Shown here piece after piece: positions 58,701-64,000 of a stretch of DNA of 64,000 nt. The translations under genes were made by a program, and so were the position numbers. This DNA is from Octopus vulgaris (lineage: Eukaryota), in assembly GCA_951406725.2 (NCBI GenBank), contig OX597819.1, positions 77,996,001-78,060,000 on the forward strand, in the 5' to 3' direction. A model generated the notes under the pieces. It did not search any database, had not been told where the DNA came from, and saw nothing but the letters and a program-made list of their open reading frames with translations. Position 1 is the stretch's first letter; every line of letters begins with the position of its first letter.

Positions 58701-59314
58701 ATAATTAAATTTTTTTCTTTAAAAAAATATTAATAACGAGTTAATAATCTAAAGGATACTTGCAAGAATATAATTATTAAATTTGAATTAAAAATAGGTA
58801 CTCTTCTCTTCTGAAATTGACTATAATATATAGAATGTGTGTGTGTGTGTGTGTTACCTTCATTGTATTATGCTAGTAAAAGGAGATTAATTGATGATAC
58901 AAATATAATTTTTCTTTACATGGAGAACTAGCGAAAACTGATTGCATTGAAGTGCAGATTTATCATTAATATTGTTAAGAACACACGAAGAGAATTAATT
59001 TTGTCGATTTATTTTTCAATTTATACAATAGAATAACTTACAAAATATGAATTAACCACTTCTTTCTCCAGCTACAGAAAGAAGAAAAATGAATGCGCAT
59101 GATGTATTTGTTGGCTGTGTTGGTTAAGCAGCTCACTTTACAACCACATCGTTCCGGGTTCAATCCTCTTGTGTGGCACTTTGGACAAGTGTCTTTTGCT
59201 ATAAGAATGAATTTGGTTGGCGGAAACAGTGGTGTGAGGGAATCATTGAACAAAGGGAGGCCTTAGTAATGAAGAAATATAAAATTAATTTATTAAGCAC
59301 GAAACTTAGCTCGT

Positions 59315-60132
59315 AGGCAAAAAGCGTGGCTGTGTGGTAAGAAGTTTGCTTCCAAATCACACGGTTCCGAGTTCAGTTCCACTACGTGACACCTTGGGCT
59401 AGTGCCTTCTGCTAGAGCCTCGGGCCGTTTAAAGACTTGTAAGTGGATTTGGTAGACGGAAACTGAAAGAAGCCTGTCGTGTGTATGTGTGTGTGTGTGC
59501 ACGTATGTGTGTATATTTGTTCTCTAACACCGCTTGACAACCGGTGTTGGTGTATTTGTGTTCCTATAACTTACCGTTTCTGCGAAAAGATACCGACAGA
59601 ATAAGTACCAAGCTTTGGAAAAATATAAGTAATGGGGTCAATTTGTTCAACTAAAATTCATCAAGGCGGTACCCCAGCATGGCCACAATCAAATGATTGA
59701 AACAAGTAAAATATAAGCAATAACAGATTATATCATGTTGACATGGGCGCAGGAATGGCTGTGTGGTAAGAAGCTTGCTTCCCAACCTCATGCTTCCGGA
59801 TTCAGTCTCACTGCATGGCACCGTGGGTAAGAGTCTTCTACTATAGCCTCGGCCGACCAAAGCCTTGTGAGTGAATTTTGTAGACGGAAACTGAAAGAAA
59901 CCCATCGTATATATATCTATGTGTGTGTGTTTGTGATTGTACCCCATCACCGCTTGACAACCGGTGTTGGTGTGTTTACGTCCCCATAATTTAGTGATTC
60001 ATCAAAAGAAACTGATAGAATAAGTACTGGGCTTTAAAAATTTAAGTCGTGGGATCGATTTGTTCGTGTAAAACCCGCCTCAAGGCGGTGCTCCAGAAAG
60101 GTCGCAGTCAAATGGCTGAAATAAATAAAAGA
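59315..60132 (+). mobile_element. Two tandem diverged SINE family A copies (59315-59712, 59745-60132)
   Basis: Two colinear matches to family A. Confidence 0.85.
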
Positions 60133-60659
60133 ATAGTTGTCAGCTGAGCTTATAATTTTCTAATGATAAGATATTTTGTGTTCTATAAACTGCTATTACG
60201 CACCAAAATCTTAGCAATACATTAGAATAGAAAAGAACCTTCAGAAATTGGTAAAGACCTCCTTCGGTCATGAACGACCATGGAATCGCACCTTGAAAGT
60301 CCCCCTCCGAGGCACAAGTTCGGGAAAGGTTGTTTATGGAAGACCAGCAGTCGCTCATGCATACCAGTTCCCTCTATCCGCGTTACTAGACAAGAAAATC
60401 AAAAGCATGAGCTTCAAGCAACCGTTTTCGGACGTATCGTTCTCTGCAGAAAGAAACACTAATTTCAGGTAACTACGTTGGTTCAAGCTAGCCTCAACCC
60501 CTTTCCAAACAACTTTCTTTCTACAATAGGTATAAGGTCAGAAATTTGTGGAGATTAGTTGACGCTGGTTCTCAACGAGAACTTACTTACACTGAAAACA
60601 AAAATGAAAGTCATTGTCGACATTCGAACCTTGAACGTAAAGAGTCAGAAGAAATACCT

Positions 60660-60890
60660 ATTTCTTTACTGCCCGCAAGAGGCTACACACAGAGGGGACA
60701 AACAAGGACAGACAAACGCATTAAGTCGATTATATCGACCCCAGTGCGTAACTGGTACTTATTTAATCGACCCCGAAAAGATGAAAGGCAAAGTCGACCT
60801 CGGCGGAATTTGAACTCTGAACATAGCGGCAGAAGAAATACCGTAAAGTACTTTGCCCGACAAGCAAACGATTCCGTAAATCGCTGCCTT
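60660..60890 (-). mobile_element. SINE family B
   Basis: Matches 22152-22372. Confidence 0.88.
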
Positions 60891-61682
60891 CTGATATAAC
60901 CTATTTAATAATCAAATTAATACCGATTTCTAACGGCACGAGTCCAACCGTTTTGAGAGAATGGTATTATTGCCGATTAGATTAACATCAGTATTTGATT
61001 GATACCTTATTTTATTGATGCTAAGAAATAAAAAGCAAATTTAACATCAGCTAGGTTTGAACTGAGAACGTTAGCGGTCATAAGTCGATACTGCAAGGCA
61101 ATTTGCCCAATGTTCTAACGTTTCTATCAATCCATCGCTCAAATGAATATGAAGCAGTAGTTATTGTTGCATGACGTATATAGCACCATATGTCAATCTT
61201 TCTTATAGAAATAGCTAGCTTAATTATATAAATGACTGTTTAAAAATAACTTCGGGAATGTTAGCTATGAGTTGCAGATAAGCTCGTTATATTGGAAGAA
61301 AACAGCGGATTGTCAAAATATTGTAAAGCGCCGGGCTAAATGCTTCATAGTAAGCATTGTTTCTCTAGGTTTTGGGTTCATATTCCATCTGAATTATTTT
61401 TGCTTTTCAGTCAATTAACTGTTGCTTTTGTTGTTGTTGTTGTTGTTATTGTTGTTTAGTTCAAGTCGGTCCTGGGCGTAACCAACTCGATTTTTCCCCA
61501 CTTCGCGAATATCGTACCATAGGAGGGACATCTTTACATCTTTCGCTCACACACATTAAATCTTTGTAGTATAAGTGAGTGTGCTTGTGTGTGTGTGTGT
61601 ATGTATGTGTGTGTCTGTGTCTGTCTGTGCCTGTGTGTAAGTTTAGCTTCGATGTAGACAATTGCTATCATTACTTATAAAC

Positions 61683-61955
61683 ACACACACCGGTTCAGTT
61701 TCCACTCATTTATTCATTTTTTTCTAAAATTTTCGTTGCGTCTTGCAACATTTTCAATGGTCGTTGATTCTGTCCGTTATCCGAGCAGCTCGGATAATTT
61801 TCAGAACAAATAAATAAGTAAATGCATGGAAATTGAACCGGTGGGTGTTTTAAATAATAAGGCACTAAAAGAGAATGACCCTCCCCAGAGAGAATAGAAT
61901 ATGCTTCAACACGCGAATTCACATGAAGAATCTTGCAAACAAAATCCCAAAACAA
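61683..61955. mobile_element. Fold-back element with variant hammerhead (minus strand) and junction hairpin
   Basis: Arms 61683-61732 and 61796-61849; perfect hairpin 61777-61797; family shared with 2445-2620. Confidence 0.7.
61724..61760 (-). ncRNA. Minimal hammerhead-like motif with U3-A8 core covariation
   Basis: Minus strand cca-TTGAAAA-t-gttgc(aagac)gcaac-GAAAATTT-tag; stem I weak in this copy. Confidence 0.5.
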
Positions 61956-61965
61956 TATATATATG

Positions 61966-62098
<133 letters not shown>

Positions 62099-62102
62099 GC
62101 GT

Positions 62103-62411
62103 GAGGCGCAATGGCCCAGTGGTTAGGGCAGCGGACTCGCGGTTGTAGGATCGCGGTTTCGATTCCCAGACCGGGCGTTGTGAGTGTTTATTGAGCGAAA
62201 ACACCTAAAGCTCCACGAGGCTCCGGCAGGGGGTGGTGGTGATCCCTGCTGTACTCTTTCGCCACAACTTTCTCTCACTCTTTCTTCTGTTGGCCTTCTC
62301 GCTTAGCCAGCGGGGTGGCGTCATTTGGAGGCTAAAACAATGCGAAGCGCATTGTGACCAGCGATGTGTAGCAACATCTGACAGCCTGGTCGGTCACGGT
62401 GATCACGGTGA
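62103..62411 (+). mobile_element. SINE family C, tail type 3
   Basis: Head and body nearly identical to 25617; different tail ending tcacggtgatcacggtga. Confidence 0.9.
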
Positions 62412-63364
62412 TATATATATATATTAACTTTCATATACATAAATGCGTGTGTGTGTTAGTGGATGTAGGGGTTGTGTATACATTTATACGGTAATTATAC
62501 AACTGAGCTATTGTAGCAACAATAATCGCAAAACCAAAGCTGAAAGTAAAGGCTACGAACATCGTAAATATTTTTTGAAAGCAAATACATAAATGCATAA
62601 AAATTACTACCTAAACCATGCGTGTCTTAATACTCAAGCATACATTCTGAACAATGCACTACATTAAATTGCTTAACAGTTCGCACTTGAAAATAGTTCC
62701 GAATGTTTTAACATTTGCTCAGCGTTAATGTGCGACATATTTTGTGTTTATACAACTGTATCTGATTGGCTTTTGTGTGTACACGTACATACGTAATACA
62801 TACTTAAAAAGATAAATAAATAAATAAATAAATAAATAAATAGCACTCCATCGGTTACGACAATGAGCATTCCAGTTTTCCCTATAGAAAAAGAGATCAT
62901 ATATTGTTTTCATTAGGATATGATTCAGCATCGATTTGGTTGCTATATCTTGCAGGTCGACTGACCTACTGTGGCTGCCACACTCCCCATATATCTGTAT
63001 ATCCGACAACTTTGGTGTGTCGCAAGTAAGTAGATATAAGTCGAGAAGGACGGAATTACAATGCGAATTAGAAAGAGGTTTGACGGAATAGATTTAGAAA
63101 GAGGAAGAAAGATCCGTTAAACCTGCGATCCATGAGCTGAGAAGTCAATAGGCCAAGAAGTCGATAGGCCGAGAACCCTGTAGCTACTATATTTATCCAT
63201 TACCCCCTTACCACGTAATGCTCAGAAGAACACAGCTATCATATCGCCATATCCATCACAATTGCATATTGTTATTAAATAGCAGCGTGGTTGCACTTTC
63301 TAATGTCCGCCATTTTGTTTTATTGAGAATCATGTTTCTTGTATTATAGTGGGGCTTGTTTATG

Positions 63365-63533
63365 GATGTATGTATGTGTGTATGTGTGTATGAGTGTGTG
63401 TGTGTGTGTGTATGTGTGTGTGTGTGAGTGTCTGTTTGTGTGATGGCGTGTGCATGAGTGTATATATTTTTCACTTGCAAATTGTTATTTCAAGTGTATA
63501 TTGTTTAATGTGGTTTGTATTAAACATTTTAGC

Positions 63534-63596
<63 letters not shown>

Positions 63597-63619
63597 CATA
63601 TATATATACATGTACATAG

Positions 63620-63665
<46 letters not shown>

Positions 63666-63695
63666 TTAGCTATTATATATATATATATACATAGC

Positions 63696-63762
<67 letters not shown>

Positions 63763-63901
63763 TATATACATGTACTATGGGTATATATGTGTATGTATGT
63801 ATATATATATATGTGTGTATACACACATACACGTGTGCACACACATGCTCACAAGCATATATATATATTTATATCTATATCTAAATATATATAAATATAC
63901 A

Positions 63902-63955
<54 letters not shown>

Positions 63956-64000
63956 CATATACATATATGTTCATACCCACATACGTACATACATACATAC
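63365..64000. repeat. (TG)n/(TA)n/(TATACA)n cluster
   Basis: Visible. Confidence 0.9.

Overview
This is a very AT-rich, microsatellite-saturated eukaryotic window that looks intergenic or intronic. The SINE families look like those I recall from octopus (cephalopod) genomes; that assignment is from recognition, not a search. I found no host protein-coding exon, rRNA, true tRNA gene or CRISPR array, and almost all ORFs in the track are microsatellite artefacts. Real content: (i) three abundant tRNA-derived SINE families; (ii) decayed DNA transposons: a full-length Tc1/Incomer-like element with TIRs, mariner and Tc1 fragments, TA-flanked MITEs, a MITE carrying TTAGGG repeats and a non-autonomous Helitron; (iii) decayed non-LTR retrotransposons: a 3.1 kb Tx1/L1-like APE-RT element plus R4/Dong-like and RTE fragments. 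The most interesting signal is a set of short, (TA)n-embedded, non-coding fold-back elements carrying minimal type I hammerhead ribozyme motifs. The motif is canonical at ~39.6 kb, variant at ~6.0 and ~61.7 kb, and decayed elsewhere. Their inversion breakpoints fall in or next to the ribozyme and are often marked by a short perfect hairpin. This fits Penelope-like pLTR or retrozyme-type non-autonomous elements. Coordinates were counted by eye and ends of decayed elements are approximate.
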